Assembly (NCBI RefSeq): GCF_009914755.1
Contig: NC_060926.1
From: the human T2T-CHM13v2.0 reference genome, Homo sapiens
Reading direction: 5' to 3' (one strand)
DNA: 64,000 bases
Shown: piece by piece, positions 1 to 25,660 of the stretch
How positions within the stretch are numbered: position 1 is the stretch's first letter
Layout of the letters: the number at the start of each line of letters is the position of its first letter
Position numbers and translations under genes: made by a program
The notes under the pieces: generated by a model
What the model was told of the DNA's origin: nothing
The model's input: only the letters and a program-made list of their open reading frames with translations
Databases searched by the model: none

Positions 1-149
1 AGGGCCAGGCGCGGTGGTGCATGCCTATAATCCCAGCACTTTGGGAGGCTGAGGTGGGCAGATTGCTTGAACCCAGGAGTTTGAGATTAGCCTGGGGAAC
101 ACAGTGAGACCCCATCTCCAAAAACGAAAAATATTTTTAAAAAATTAGG

Positions 150-2925
<2,776 letters not shown>

Positions 2926-3829
2926 AAAAAATACAGTAGTTTGTTTTTAATAGATAGCAATCTAGGGGGTTTTTAAATGTCTGGAAATGTATATGACGCT
3001 TTAGTTTCTATTATATTAGATTTACATTATCGTTACACCTTTGGACAATTTCTTTAGAATGGCTACCACTTTATGTTCAACTCAAAATTATTTTCTGCAT
3101 ATTTTAGAGTAGTTTTTAAAAAGTATGACTTAAACATTTCTGAATATAAGTGTTTCATGCCTAATTATAACAGAAACTGTAGTTCTAGTAACAATGTTCT
3201 TTCTAGTGTTTTCCAACTGCTCTCATTTCTATTCCTTTACTCTTATTGCTAACACCTGCCTAAAATAACTTCTCCAATATGTTCAACATGTTAAAGAAAT
3301 CATTCTCCTTCCCAAACACACTGCTCTAGCTGTGTTTCCAAAATCTATAAGCGGAATCAAAATGCTAGATACCCAGTGTATGTGTGAAGGAAGGATGTGT
3401 GATTCTTCTTTTCAAAATGAATAACTGAAAATTAGTGACCTAGGTTTCTCATTCAAGATATAAAGGGGGTGGGGAATATAAGTAGCCTCAAATATAAATT
3501 CATATTTAACCTCCAATCTTTCCTTGGTATCTTCCAATTACAGATTGTCATTTCAAGTGTTTGTTGGAATTTATCTGCATTTTTAAGTGTCTTGTAACTG
3601 AAAAGTCTTCAGACGATAAAGTCTCAGACATGGCCAGAAACAGAATTACAATCTAACTTAAATTATACCAAAAGTTGTCTTTAAAAAAAAAAAATCTGAA
3701 TGGCCAACCCTTGGATCAAAATCCTTTAGCAACTCCTATTATGTAGGGAAATTAAAAGTCCAAACTATTTGACACAATATTCAAGGCCTACTTGCTTGTC
3801 TCAAATTCTGTCTCCTACATTACCTTCTA

Positions 3830-7560
<3,731 letters not shown>

Positions 7561-9126
7561 AGAGGTCTACTTGCAGGTTATAATAAAGACCCAATCAGAG
7601 CACCCCTCAAAAAACAACTACAAAGCCTATGCATTATAATACATGAATATATACCTGACATTTCTGGTGAGTAAACAGAGACAGATGGGTTCTGGTGGGA
7701 GTTCATGGTAACTCAGAGAATGGAAACACGGTGGGAGTTCATGGTCACTTGGAGAAGAAAAAGTAAGTTTCCTTCTCTCTAGCTTTTAGTCTGGGACTAA
7801 CTGCAGTGAGGGGGAGAGAGAATATGCAACAGGGGTTGGGAGGGTGCCTTATTAACTTTTCAGCATAAGAGTCTAGAAAAGAGAAGGTAGGAAGTTATTA
7901 ATATTAAAGAATAAGGGGGACCACAAAAGGGCAAGAGCTAGTAAGGACACCCCAAACTCAGTCTACCCAGATCTCTAGCTGGTCCTGAACAAAGCAAGGA
8001 GCAGACTCAAAGGATCTAGCTAAAGACAAAAGGTTTGAAAGGAGATCAAAGCTCCCAGTTAAGAAACTGAATGCATTTCAAGCCTAACTCAGAAAATTGT
8101 CTCCTAAGAAAAAGGAAATGTGGCTCATAAAATAAAAATAACAGAATCCAGAGTCTCCAAAAACTAACAATAATAATATCCAGGACACAATCCAAAACTG
8201 CCCAACAAATTAAGAACCAATAAAAAGAACACATTCTCAAGAGAAAAGAAAACCAAGTGGGTCTAACATGAGATAAACCAAATGTTGAAGCTAACATAAC
8301 AGAATTTTAAAGCAACTATTGTAACGAAGCTCAATTAAATAAAATAAAACATGCTTAAATGCATGAAAATCACATTGGAAAAACAGAAACAATGAAAAAC
8401 AATCAAATGTAAGTCCTAGGACTGAAAAATACAATTTCTGAAATAAAAAAATGTGTTGGATGAACATAACCAAATGGACATGACAAAGCAAAAATAAGTG
8501 AAGACTGACTAAAGACAGACAAAAATTATCCAAGGTGAAAACAGAAAAAGACTGAAAAATGACAAATTTGTAGACACAAAATCAGAATAAACACAAAGAA
8601 AGCCACACAGAGGCATGTCATGGCTAAACTGTTGAAAGTAAAAGATACAGAGCAAGATACTGAAAGCAGCAAGAGAAAACCCAAATATTACAAAATGTGG
8701 GAACAACAATCTAATTAATGGCTCTCCAATTACGGGCTGTGATACAGGCAGATGGAATCCTGGCAGAGGCCAGCTAACTCACTAAGCGGAAGAGTCGGAG
8801 TTGAGATTCCAGGGAGACCAAGACGACTAGAGTCTACAGGAAAAAGTACCACAGAGGAGACTGCTCCACAGAAAGCAAACTCAGGAAATGTACACAAAAC
8901 TCCTCAGCTCTTCATTTAAACACCAATCACTGCATACATGTGATGAAACTACCCAAGGCTTGGGGAAAAAAACACTCAGAAGAACTAGAAATAAGAGTAC
9001 TCTACACTCACAGAGAGCCAGGAATAGTGCCAGTTCCCACCCACCGAACTGGTAAACCTCATGATTCAAAGGTCATTGCCCATGAATACATAAAAGGATA
9101 CTGCATCAGTAGCAGGGAATAATTAG

Positions 9127-9408
<282 letters not shown>

Positions 9409-10746
9409 TGATACACACGCCTCGGCCTCCCAAAGTGCTGGGATTACTGGCATGAGCCACTGCGCCCAGCCGACAAATCTTAAAAGCAAGATTCCAAAGA
9501 ATCAAACTGTTTTCAAGTTGATTAACTGTGTCTCAAAAGGAAAAAAAAAAACACACAACAAAACCACTTCAAGAATATCTACTTACAGTAACATAGCTAG
9601 CACTCAACAAGGTAAAAGTTACATCTGGCATCCAATAAATACTGCAAAGCATGCAATGAAACAGGAAAACACAATCCGTAATGAGAAAAATCAATAAAAT
9701 AAAACTAACCCAGAAATACAATATTAGAATTGCCAAAGGCATTAAAGTAGGCATTATAACTATATTCCAGATATTGAAAAGTTCTATATGTATATGTATA
9801 GATGAAAACAAAAACATGAGGCAAAAACATAATGAATAGGATTAATAGCAGATTAGACATTTCAAAAGAAAAGATTAGTGAACTAAAACTCACAGCAACA
9901 GAAACTAACCAAAATGAAACACAGAAAAGATAATTTAAAGCAAAATTAACAAAGTTTCGGCAAACTATGGGACAACATCAAGAAACTTAACATATGTGTA
10001 ATTAGAGTCCCAAAAGGAAAGAGGAGACAGGAGGTGGGGACGACAGAAAAAATAATGAAGAAATAGTGGCCAAAAATTTTACAAGTTTGATGAAAAACAC
10101 ACCCAAGAAGCTCAATTCAAGAATGAGAAAAGGGGAGAAAACTCCACCAAGATATATCATTAAATTGCACAAAACCAGTCAAGAAGGAAAAAAAAACCTA
10201 AATGTACCCAGAAAAAAGATACATTACATACAAAGAAACAAAAATAGAAATAAAAGCATAATTCATTACTGAAGCAATACAAATGAGAAGAAGAAAGACC
10301 AACATCTTTAAAGCACGGAAAGAAAAAGAAAAAAGTGTCGACTTCAAATTTTATACCCAGAGAAAATACCCTTCAAAAACAAAGGCTAAGTTCTCAAAAA
10401 GTTAAACATAAAACTACCATCCTGCCTAGCAGTTTCACTCCTTATCTCTACCCAAGAGCGATAAAAAATATATGTTCTACACAAACATTTGCATTGAACG
10501 TTCACAGTAATATTCATAATAGCCCAAACTGGAAACAACCTAAATGTCCGTCCAGTGTGTTGTATAGCCATACAATAAGAATACTGTTCAGCAATAAAAA
10601 AGAACAAAATACTGACCCATATTATATCATGGATGTTCCTCAAAACCATTATACTTAGCAAAAAAAAGCCAGACACAAGAAACCACATAGTATATGATTT
10701 TAATAATACAAAATGTCTAGAAAAGGCCAATCTATACAGAGATTAG

Positions 10747-12206
<1,460 letters not shown>

Positions 12207-12514
12207 TCAGGTGGGTACAGTGGCACACACACCTGTGGCCCCAGCTATTTGGGAGGCTAAGGTGGGAGGATCAGTCGAGGCTGCAGGGAGCCATGATCAC
12301 ACCACTGCACTACAGCCTTGGTGAAGGGAATGAGACGCTGTCTCAAAAACAAAGCTGTTTTTGCTTTTGTTTTAAAAAAAAAAAAATGTGCTTTCAGCCA
12401 GGTGTGGTAGCTCATGCCTGTAATCCCAGCACTTTGGGAGACCGATGTGGGCGGATCACAAGGTCAGGAGTTCAAGATCAGCCTGGCTAATATGGTAAAA
12501 CCCCATCTCTACTA

Positions 12515-12676
<162 letters not shown>

Positions 12677-13073
12677 TCATCCCAAAAAAAAAAAAAAAAA
12701 GTGTTTTCAGATATGGAAAAGCCAAAAGAACTTGTCACTTGCAGGCCCACACTGTAAGAAACGTATACATAAAGAAACTGATACTAACTGGAAATATGAA
12801 CATCTACAAAAGGATAGAGAGCACCAGAAATGGTAAGTATAAAAAATATTTAAGATATTTTTATTTACATTTCTTCAAAAGTTTTTAAAGTTTTAAAAAT
12901 AAAATGTACAAGGCCAGGCACAATGGCTCACACCTATAATCCCCACACTTTGGTAGGCCAAGGCAGGCGGATCACTTGCAGTCAGGAGCTCGAGACCGTG
13001 TCTCTACTAAAAACACAAAAATTAGCCAGGCATGGTGGCGTGCACCTGCAATTCCAGCTACGCAGGAGGCTCA

Positions 13074-13229
<156 letters not shown>

Positions 13230-14620
13230 CTATTTCAAGGTTCCCATATTATATGTGAAATGGCCTATCATCAATTGAAGGTAGATGGTTACAAGTTAAA
13301 GACATATACCATAAACCCTAAAGTTACTATGAAAATAATAAACAGTAATGGCTAATAAGCCAGCAATGGAAACAAACTGGAATCATAAAAAATATTCAAC
13401 TAATCCAAATGAAGGTGGAACAATAGGAAAAGGGAAAACAAGAAACAGGCTAAGAGAAAATCATCTAGATGATAAATTTAAACCTAACCATATCAATAAT
13501 CACACTAAATGTATAAGTGTCCATTTTGAAGGAAATGGTATTTTCATTGTCTTGACTGTAGTTATGGCTTCACAAGTATATATGTATGTTAAAACCTTCC
13601 AAGTTTTACTCTTTATCAATGTCAATATTGTGTACATACATATAGTATATATATTATACCTCAATAAAGCTCTTTTTAAAACTCAATAGCAAAATTGAGA
13701 CTCTAAAAAAAAACTTTCAAAGTTTCAAAGTGTTTTTTAAAAAGGCAAAAAAGAAACAGAAAAAGAAAACAGCAGACACAAATAGAAAATGGAAATGAAA
13801 TGATCCCCAATTCAAATATATCAATAATTACATTAAACATTGACTAAACAGTCAAATTAAAATTAAGAGACAATGCAATTAAGAAAATAAGACCCAACTT
13901 TATATAGTCTATGAACAACACAGGTTGAAAGCAAGTTAATGGCAAAAAATATACCACACAAACAGCATGAAGTCTAGAATAGGTGAATTATTATCTGATA
14001 AAAATAAATTTCAAAATTAAGTGTATTACAAGATAAACATGGACATTTCATAATATAAGAAAGCAACATCAACATAAAGATGCAATAAATGTGTATGAAA
14101 CTAATATAAAATTTCAAAATATGTGAGACAAAAACTAGCAGAATTAAAGGGACAAAGAATTCATTATAGCTGGACATTTTAACATATTTGTCTCTGCAAT
14201 CAATAGAATTAGACCTAAACATCTGTAAGAAAACAAAAGAGGCCAGACACAGTGGCTCACGCCTGTAATCCCAGCACTGCCTGTCGAGGCAGGCAGATCA
14301 CTTGAAGTCAGGAGTTCAAGACCAGCCTAGCTAACATGGTGAAACCCCATCTCTACAAAAATACAAAAATTAGCTGGGCATGGTGGTGCATGCCTGTAAT
14401 CCCAGCTACTCAGGAGGCTGAGGCAGAAGAATCACTTGAACCTTGGAGGCGGAGGTTGCAGTAAGCCAGACAGAGCCACTGCACTCCAGCCTGGGCGACA
14501 GAGTGAGACTCCGTCTCAAAAAAATAAAACCCCACAAAAGAGTCTGCTTAACACTATTAATGCCTTGTCTTATTTTATATTTATAGAACACTATACCATA
14601 AATGGCAGAATGCAAATTCA

Positions 14621-14827
<207 letters not shown>

Positions 14828-15469
14828 TCAAAAAAAAAAAAAAAAAAAATGACTTTAAGAGTTATGATCTCTAGATCACAATAAAACTAAATTAGAAGTA
14901 AATAACAATAAAATAATCAGGAAAAATAACCACAGCTATTTGTAAATTAAATACACATCTAAATTAAATACACAATGACTGTGTCAAAGAAAAAATGACA
15001 AGAGGAATTGGAAATTATTTTGAACTGAATGACAGTGAATACATGTCAAAAACTGTGGGATGTAGCTAAAGCATTGCTTAGAGGGAAATTTACAGGTGTC
15101 AATGCCTATATTAGAAAAAAAGAAAAGTTTCAATCAATTTCTAAGCTTCCATCTTAATCTGAAAAAGGGAGTTAAATTAAAAACAAACAGAAAAGACTTG
15201 GGAGACCTGAAATACATACTGCTATATAAAAGAAGCCAATCTGAAAAAACTACATACTGTTTGAGTCCAACTATATGACATTCTGGAAAAGGCAAAATTA
15301 TGGAGATAGTAAAAAGATCAGTGGTTGCTGGGGAGATAGGGAGGGCTCTGCAGGGCAGAAGAGAAGGGGGGATGAATGAATAGACGATTTGGGGGAAGTG
15401 AAAATATTCTGTATGATACTGTAAGAGCAGATACGTGTCATTACACATTTGTTGAAACCCTAAAACTGC

Positions 15470-15835
15470 CTGCTATGAATGGAATGTTTCTATTCCCCTA
15501 AAATTCACACATTGAAACCTAATCACCAATGTAATGTTGTTAAGAGGTATTAAGAGTTAAGAGCTAAGGTGTTAAGAGTGTTAAGAGGTGGAACCTTTGG
15601 GAGGTAATTAGGACACAAGGGCAAAACCCTTATAAAGAGGATTCCTGCCTTCATAAAAGAGACCTGAAAAAGCTAGCTGGTCTTTTCTACCATTTAAGGA
15701 CACAAGAGAAGTCATCAGAACCAGAAAGCAGGTCCTCACCAGACACTAAATCTGCTGGCACCCTGATCTTGGACATCCCAGCCTCCAGAAATATGACAAA
15801 TAATGTTCTGCTATTTCTAAGCTACCCAGTTTTAT
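15470..15835 (+). mobile_element. MaLR LTR, MLT1A-like
   Basis: tgctatgaatggaatg...aaaattcacacattgaaacctaatcaccaatg start; ctcaccagacactaaatctgctggcaccctgatcttggacatcccagcctccagaa core. Confidence 0.8.
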
Positions 15836-17320
15836 AGAGATTTTTTGTTTTCTGAGACAGGGCCTCACTCTCTCACCTAGGCTGTAGTTCGGTGGCACGA
15901 TTGTGGCTCACTGCAGCCTTGACCTCCCCAGGCTCAAGTGATCCTCTCACGTCAGCCTCCCAAGTAGCTAGGACGAGAGGCACACCACACCCAACTAATT
16001 TTTGTACTTTTAGTAGAGACACGGTTTTGCCACATTGCCCAGGCTGGTCTCAAACTGCTGAGCTCAAGAGATCCACTGTCCTTGGCCTCCCAAAGTGCTG
16101 GGACTACAAGTGTGAGCCACTGTGCCCAGTCATGAATAGTCTATTTTTAAGACCATTTGTTAGGGCAGTTTTAGGTTAACAGCCAAATTGAGAAGGAAAT
16201 ACAGAGACTTTCATACGTCCCCCGCCTGCCCCTTCATATGTATACCCATGCCCCAACAGAGTGGTGCACTTATTTCAACTGATGAACCTACAATGACACA
16301 TCACAATCTACAAAGTCCACAGTTTACATTAAGGTTCACGCTTGATGATATACATTCTATGGGTTTGGACAAACATATCATGATGTGGATCCACTCTTAC
16401 AGTATAACACAGACTATTTTCACTGCCCTAAAAAATCTTTTATACTCTGCCTACAAATCCCCCTCAGTCTACTAATTTTTAAAAATATAAGAAAAAAGGT
16501 AGTATAAAATTGGAAACAAAAATAATAGTAGAAAATCTATGAAAACAGAAGTTGCCTCTTTGGGGGAGAAAGGACCAATAAAATTGATAATCCTCTAGCC
16601 GGAGTAATCAAGAAAAAAAAAAAGAGAAAACACAGGTTATCACCATCGGAAATGAAAAGAATACTACCGCAGACTATTTAGGCATTAAGGAGATAACAGA
16701 ATAGTAGGAAAAAATGTATGTAAATTTCTTGACTTAGGTGAAATGAACAAATTCCTTTAAAGATAAACTACCAAACTAACAAAACTGACCTAAGAATAAA
16801 TAGAAAACTTGAACAGCCCTGTATCAACTGAAGAAATTTAACTTGTAATCAAAAACCTTTCCATAAACAAAACTCCAGGCCCAGGTATTTTCACTGGTGA
16901 ATTCTCTCAAACACTTAAGAAATGAATAACATCAAACTTACACAAACACTTTCAGAAAATAGAGAAAGAGGGAATGCCATCTCATCTTTTTTTTTTTAAG
17001 AGACAGGGTCTCACTATGTTGCCCAGGCTGCTCTTGCACTCCTAGACTCAAGAGATCCTGCTGCCTCAGCCTCTCAAAGTGTTGAGATTACAGGCATGCA
17101 CCATCACACCCAGTGTATATCTCATCTAATACACATCAAAATTACCTGATTCCAAAACCAGATGCAGATATTTTAAGAGTAATTACAGATCAAAATCTCA
17201 TTAATACAGATAATAAAACTTTTTATATTAGCAAGTGGAATCCAATAATTTTTTAAGAAAGACAATATATTATGAGCAAGTGAGGTTTATTCTAAGAATG
17301 CAAAGTTAGTTTACTATCTA

Positions 17321-17626
<306 letters not shown>

Positions 17627-18575
17627 CTAAAATTCAATCAAAATAATGCTCTACCTTAATAGAATACAGGAGAAAAGCCATATGATCAATTCAAAAGAGA
17701 CAGAAAAAAAAATATGTTACAAAGTTCAGTACTCTATCCCAGTAAAATAAACTCTCACAGCAAACTAGGAATATAGTGGAAATCCCTCAATGTAATAAAG
17801 GGCACCTATGAAAAACTTAGTTAAAATCACATTCAATGGTTAAAGTCTCAATGTTTTACAGCCAATGAAGGAAACAGGCAGTGATTTCCATTATCACCAT
17901 TACTATTTAACTGAATTCTAGCCAAAGAAATAAGAAAAAGAAATAAAAGACATAGATTGGAAAGGAAGAAGTAGAAGTACCTTTATTTGCAGATAAGGTA
18001 TATGTATAAAACCGTAAGGAAACCACAAAATAGCTAATAGAACTAACAAATGAATTTAGCAAGGTTGTGGATACAAAGTCTATAAACTCAGTTGTATTTT
18101 TATAAACCAGCAGTAAGCAATTAGAAAATAAATTTTCTTTCAAAACTCCATTCACATTAAATGAACAATAAAGTATTTAGGGATGCATTAAACAAAAGAT
18201 GCCTAAGATCCTTATGCTAAAACCATAAGACACAGGAAAAGGAAATTAAAGAATACCTAAATAAATGAACAGAATTACCATGTTCATAGACTGAAAGACG
18301 AATAAGGATGCAATTCTTCCCAAATAGATCGAAGGATTAATTGCAATCCCAAATAAATCCCAACAGTCTTTTCTAAAGAAACTGACAAGAGGCTTTAGAA
18401 ATGTAAATGGAAAGATAATAGATGACTACAACAATTCTGAAAAAGAACAAATTTGGAGGACTTATACTAAAATGAACATTAATCAAGACAGTGGTATAAG
18501 GATAGACCTGTAGATCAATGGAATCAACTAACAAATCTAGAAATAGACACACATTTATATGGTCAATTTTTGTCA

Positions 18576-18991
<416 letters not shown>

Positions 18992-19067
18992 CTATCTACA
19001 AAAATTAACTTAAACCCTCACCTCTTACTGATACACAAACATTAACGTAAAATGAATCATTGACTTA

Positions 19068-19386
<319 letters not shown>

Positions 19387-19545
19387 CTAACGCTATTAAT
19401 ATTTTCAAAGAAAACATCCAAGAAAATTATTGCCACACTTATTTAGGCAACTTTTCTCAAGCAGAACACAAAAGGCACAGATACATTTTTTAAATCTATA
19501 TGGTGGCTTTATCAAAATTCAAATCCTGACTCTTCAAAAGTCCTA

Positions 19546-19881
<336 letters not shown>

Positions 19882-20582
19882 TCAAAAAAAAAAAAAAAAC
19901 ACAAGGACTACAACACAACAAGACACACAATCTAATTTCTAGTTTTAAAAAATGGCGCAAAAGATTTACAGACATTTCACAAATGAAAATATATAAACAG
20001 GCAATAAACACAAAGATGCTCAATATTATTGGATTAATATTAAAGCTTAATATTATTTGTATTACTATTAATGCAAATTAAATCCATTACTGTACACCCA
20101 CTAGGATGGCTAAAGTTAAAGACAGTTAACACCACCAATTGTTGGCAAGGATGAGGAACAACTCAAATTATCATACGTTATAGGAAAATAAAAATGGTAA
20201 AACCACTTTGGAAAACAGTACAGTGTTACCTTAGAAACTTAAACACACATTTACCATAGGCTCCAGAAATTCCTCTCTCAGGGATTTACCCAACAGAAAA
20301 GAAAACATGTCCACACAAAAACTTGTAGAGACGCTTTGAGAGGCCAAGATGGAGGGCTCGCTTGAGACTAGGTGTCAGAAACCAACCAGGGAAACATAGC
20401 GAGACTCCGTCTCTACAACAAATACAAAAATTAGCCAGGTGGGGTACTGCATGCCTGTAGTTCTAGCTACTCAGGAGGCTGAGGCAGTAGGATCACTTGG
20501 GCCTAGAAGTTTGAGGTTACAGTGAGCTATGATCACACCATTGCACTCCAGCCTAGGTAAGAGAATGAGATCCAGTCTCTTA

Positions 20583-21107
<525 letters not shown>

Positions 21108-21390
21108 TAGCAGGTTGAGCATTATCATAATAGCTAAAAATAGAAGCAAAACAAATCTCCCATCAGATGGTAGATTGAAAAATAAATAGTAGTATACACA
21201 CACACATATACATTAAGGAATACTCCTGGGGAGTGAAAAAGAATAAAATATTAGCATACATGACATCGAGGCCAGACACAGTAGCTCACATCTATAATCC
21301 CAGCACTTTGGGAGGCGGAGGCAGGCAGATCACTTGAGGCCAGGAGTTCAAGACCAGCCTGGCCAATATGGCGAAACCCCATCTCTACTA

Positions 21391-21549
<159 letters not shown>

Positions 21550-21581
21550 CTAAAAAAAAAAACCAAAAAATTATGCTAAAT

Positions 21582-21961
21582 TAGGATGAGAAAACTTTTT
21601 CTGTAAAAGGTCAGATAGGCTGGACACAGTGGCTCACGCCTGTAATCTCGGCACTTTGGGAGGCTGACTGGGGAGGATGGTTTGAGGCCAGGAGTTGAAA
21701 ACCAGCCTAGGCAAGAGAGCAAGAACTCGTCTCTAAAATAAATTAAAAAAAAAAAAAATTAAAAGCCCACATAGTAAATGTTTTAAACTTTGCAACGCAT
21801 TCGGTCTCTCTATCACAGCTGCTGAACTCTACTATTGTAGCACATAAGAAACCACATGCAATGCTTAAGGAATGAACATGGTTGTATTCCAATATAACTT
21901 CATTTACAAAAACACACAGAGGCCTGGATTTGGCTCACAGGCTGTGGTGTGCTGACCCCTG
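21582..21961 (+). mobile_element. MER58A-like hAT MITE, split by an Alu left arm
   Basis: aaactttttctgtaaaaggtcagatag start; ggatttggctcacaggctgtggtgtgctgacccctg end. Confidence 0.8.
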
Positions 21962-22105
21962 TACTAAGAGAAAGAAGTAGTCCTCACAGACACAGATTGT
22001 TTTAAATTTCTTTGTAAGCCTCATAGCACTTAGCTAAGGGCTAAGGCTAACTACCAAGTCAATGCGTAAAAAAGAAATCAAGATAATCAGATAAAGAAAA
22101 ATTAC

Positions 22106-22194
22106 CTGTGGATCTGATCTTGTCTGCTAGAGCGAACTGGAGCTAATCCATCTATTTCATCAAAAAATATTATAGAAGGTCTCATCAAATATGC
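22106..22194 (-). CDS. ATAD2B: ATAD2B coding exon (presumed exon 13), Walker B: AYLMRPSIIFFDEIDGLAPVRSSRQDQIHS
   Basis: 89 nt; acceptor ttactag|GCA, donor AG|gtaatt; Walker B IIFFDE; the following intron runs off the window start (>22 kb). Confidence 0.95.
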
Positions 22195-22369
22195 CTAGTA
22201 AGAAGAAAACAAATAATATTTATTGTATTTGTTTTCATTTTTAAAATTTATTATATTTTCTTAATAGGTAATAAAAGCAAATGGTACAACATGCAGCAGG
22301 TATGAAGGAGTATATAGCAACGAGGAAATCTTACCACCCAGTTTCCAACAACCATGTCTCCTCCAGTAA

Positions 22370-22639
<270 letters not shown>

Positions 22640-22752
22640 TAGTCAGGATGGTCTCGATCTCCTGACCTCGTGATCTGCCCGCCTCGACCTCCCAAAGTGC
22701 TGGGATTACAGGTGTGAGCCACCACACCCGGCCACCAAAGAGTATTTTTTAA

Positions 22753-23148
<396 letters not shown>

Positions 23149-24214
23149 TAATTTCCGTATACTTAAGACCTGTCTCATTCTTTTTTTTTTTTTTTTTCTT
23201 CAGACAGGGTCTTACTCTGTCACTCAGGCTTGAGTGCAGTGGCATGATCACAGCTCACTACAACCTCAAATGCAAACAATCCTCTTGCTTCAGCCTCCAG
23301 AGTACCTGGGACTACAGGCAGGGACCAACACGCCCAGCTAATTTTTAAGTATTTGGAGAGATGAGTTCTCACTATGTTGCCCGGGATGGTCTCAAACTCT
23401 TGGGCTCAAGTGACCCTTCCACCTCGGCCTGCCAATGTGCTGGGATTACAGGTCTGAGATACTGTGTCCAGCCTGCCTCATTCGTTTTCAACAGCTATAT
23501 GATGTCCCACCGTATGGATGTGCCACAGTTAAACCTGTCCCCTTCTTATGGATACTTAGGCTGTTTTCAATATTTTCCTATTGGCAACAATATTGTAACA
23601 AATAATAGTAAATAAATAACTGTATTTATCATTTCATATGAGTATAAACATATTAATATAATAAATCCTAAAAGTAGAACTACTAGCTCAAAAGGCATGT
23701 GTCATTTCTAATCTAGTTAGATATTTGCAAATTGCCATCCACTGAAGTATCATTTTACCCTCTAACCAGCAATATTTAAGGGTGCTCACCAGCAATGTAT
23801 TATCAAACTTATTGACCTTTGCTAATTTTTTAGGATAAAGAATGTTATCTCATTTTATTTTCAATTCTTATTTATAAGATGGATACATTATATATCCATA
23901 AAAGTCATTTATATTGCTTTTCCTATGCTGCCCATTACTTCACAAGATCACTAGTCTTTTGCTTAGTGAGTTCTAGAAGCTACTTATTTATTTATTTATT
24001 TATTTATTTTGAATTTTTGAGACAAGGTCTCACTCTCTCACCCAGGCTGGAGTGCAGTGACATAATCACAGCTCACCTCAGCCTCCACCCACCAGCTCAA
24101 TCAATTCTCCCGCCTCAGCCACCTAAGTAGCTAGGACTACAGGTCCATGCCAACACACTTGGCTAATTTTTGTATTTTTATAGAGGCAGGGTTTCACCAC
24201 GTTGCCCAGGCTTA

Positions 24215-24995
<781 letters not shown>

Positions 24996-25354
24996 ATATG
25001 TATTTTGTTGCCATGCAGAATCTTAAAATTTCTTTTATGTGCTAGATCTTTCCTTACATAGTTAGACCTCCCTACTCTGAGATCATAAACAAAATTCTCC
25101 CATGTTTTCATCTGGTACATTTGCAGTGTCATTTTTCTCACTTAAGTATTAGATCTAGAAAGAATCTGATTTAAGATGAATGAATATTAGATAACAAATG
25201 AGAAGTTTTTATCATATAATTTACTCAAATTTATGTAGCTTATGTTTCAAAATTAAAGGAAACTCTCAGTTCACAGGAAGGTCAGTTTACTAAGGAAGAG
25301 AGATGAATTTTCCATTTCTCCTGAGTGATATGCACTAAACTTTAATGTTTCCTA

Positions 25355-25660
<306 letters not shown>

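Noticed and set aside
3360-3694. Unassigned ~330-bp stretch ending in an A run between L2-like pieces; possible retrocopied UTR fragment
   Set aside because: No recognisable parent, TSD or nearby poly(A) signal; would need a BLAT/BLAST search.
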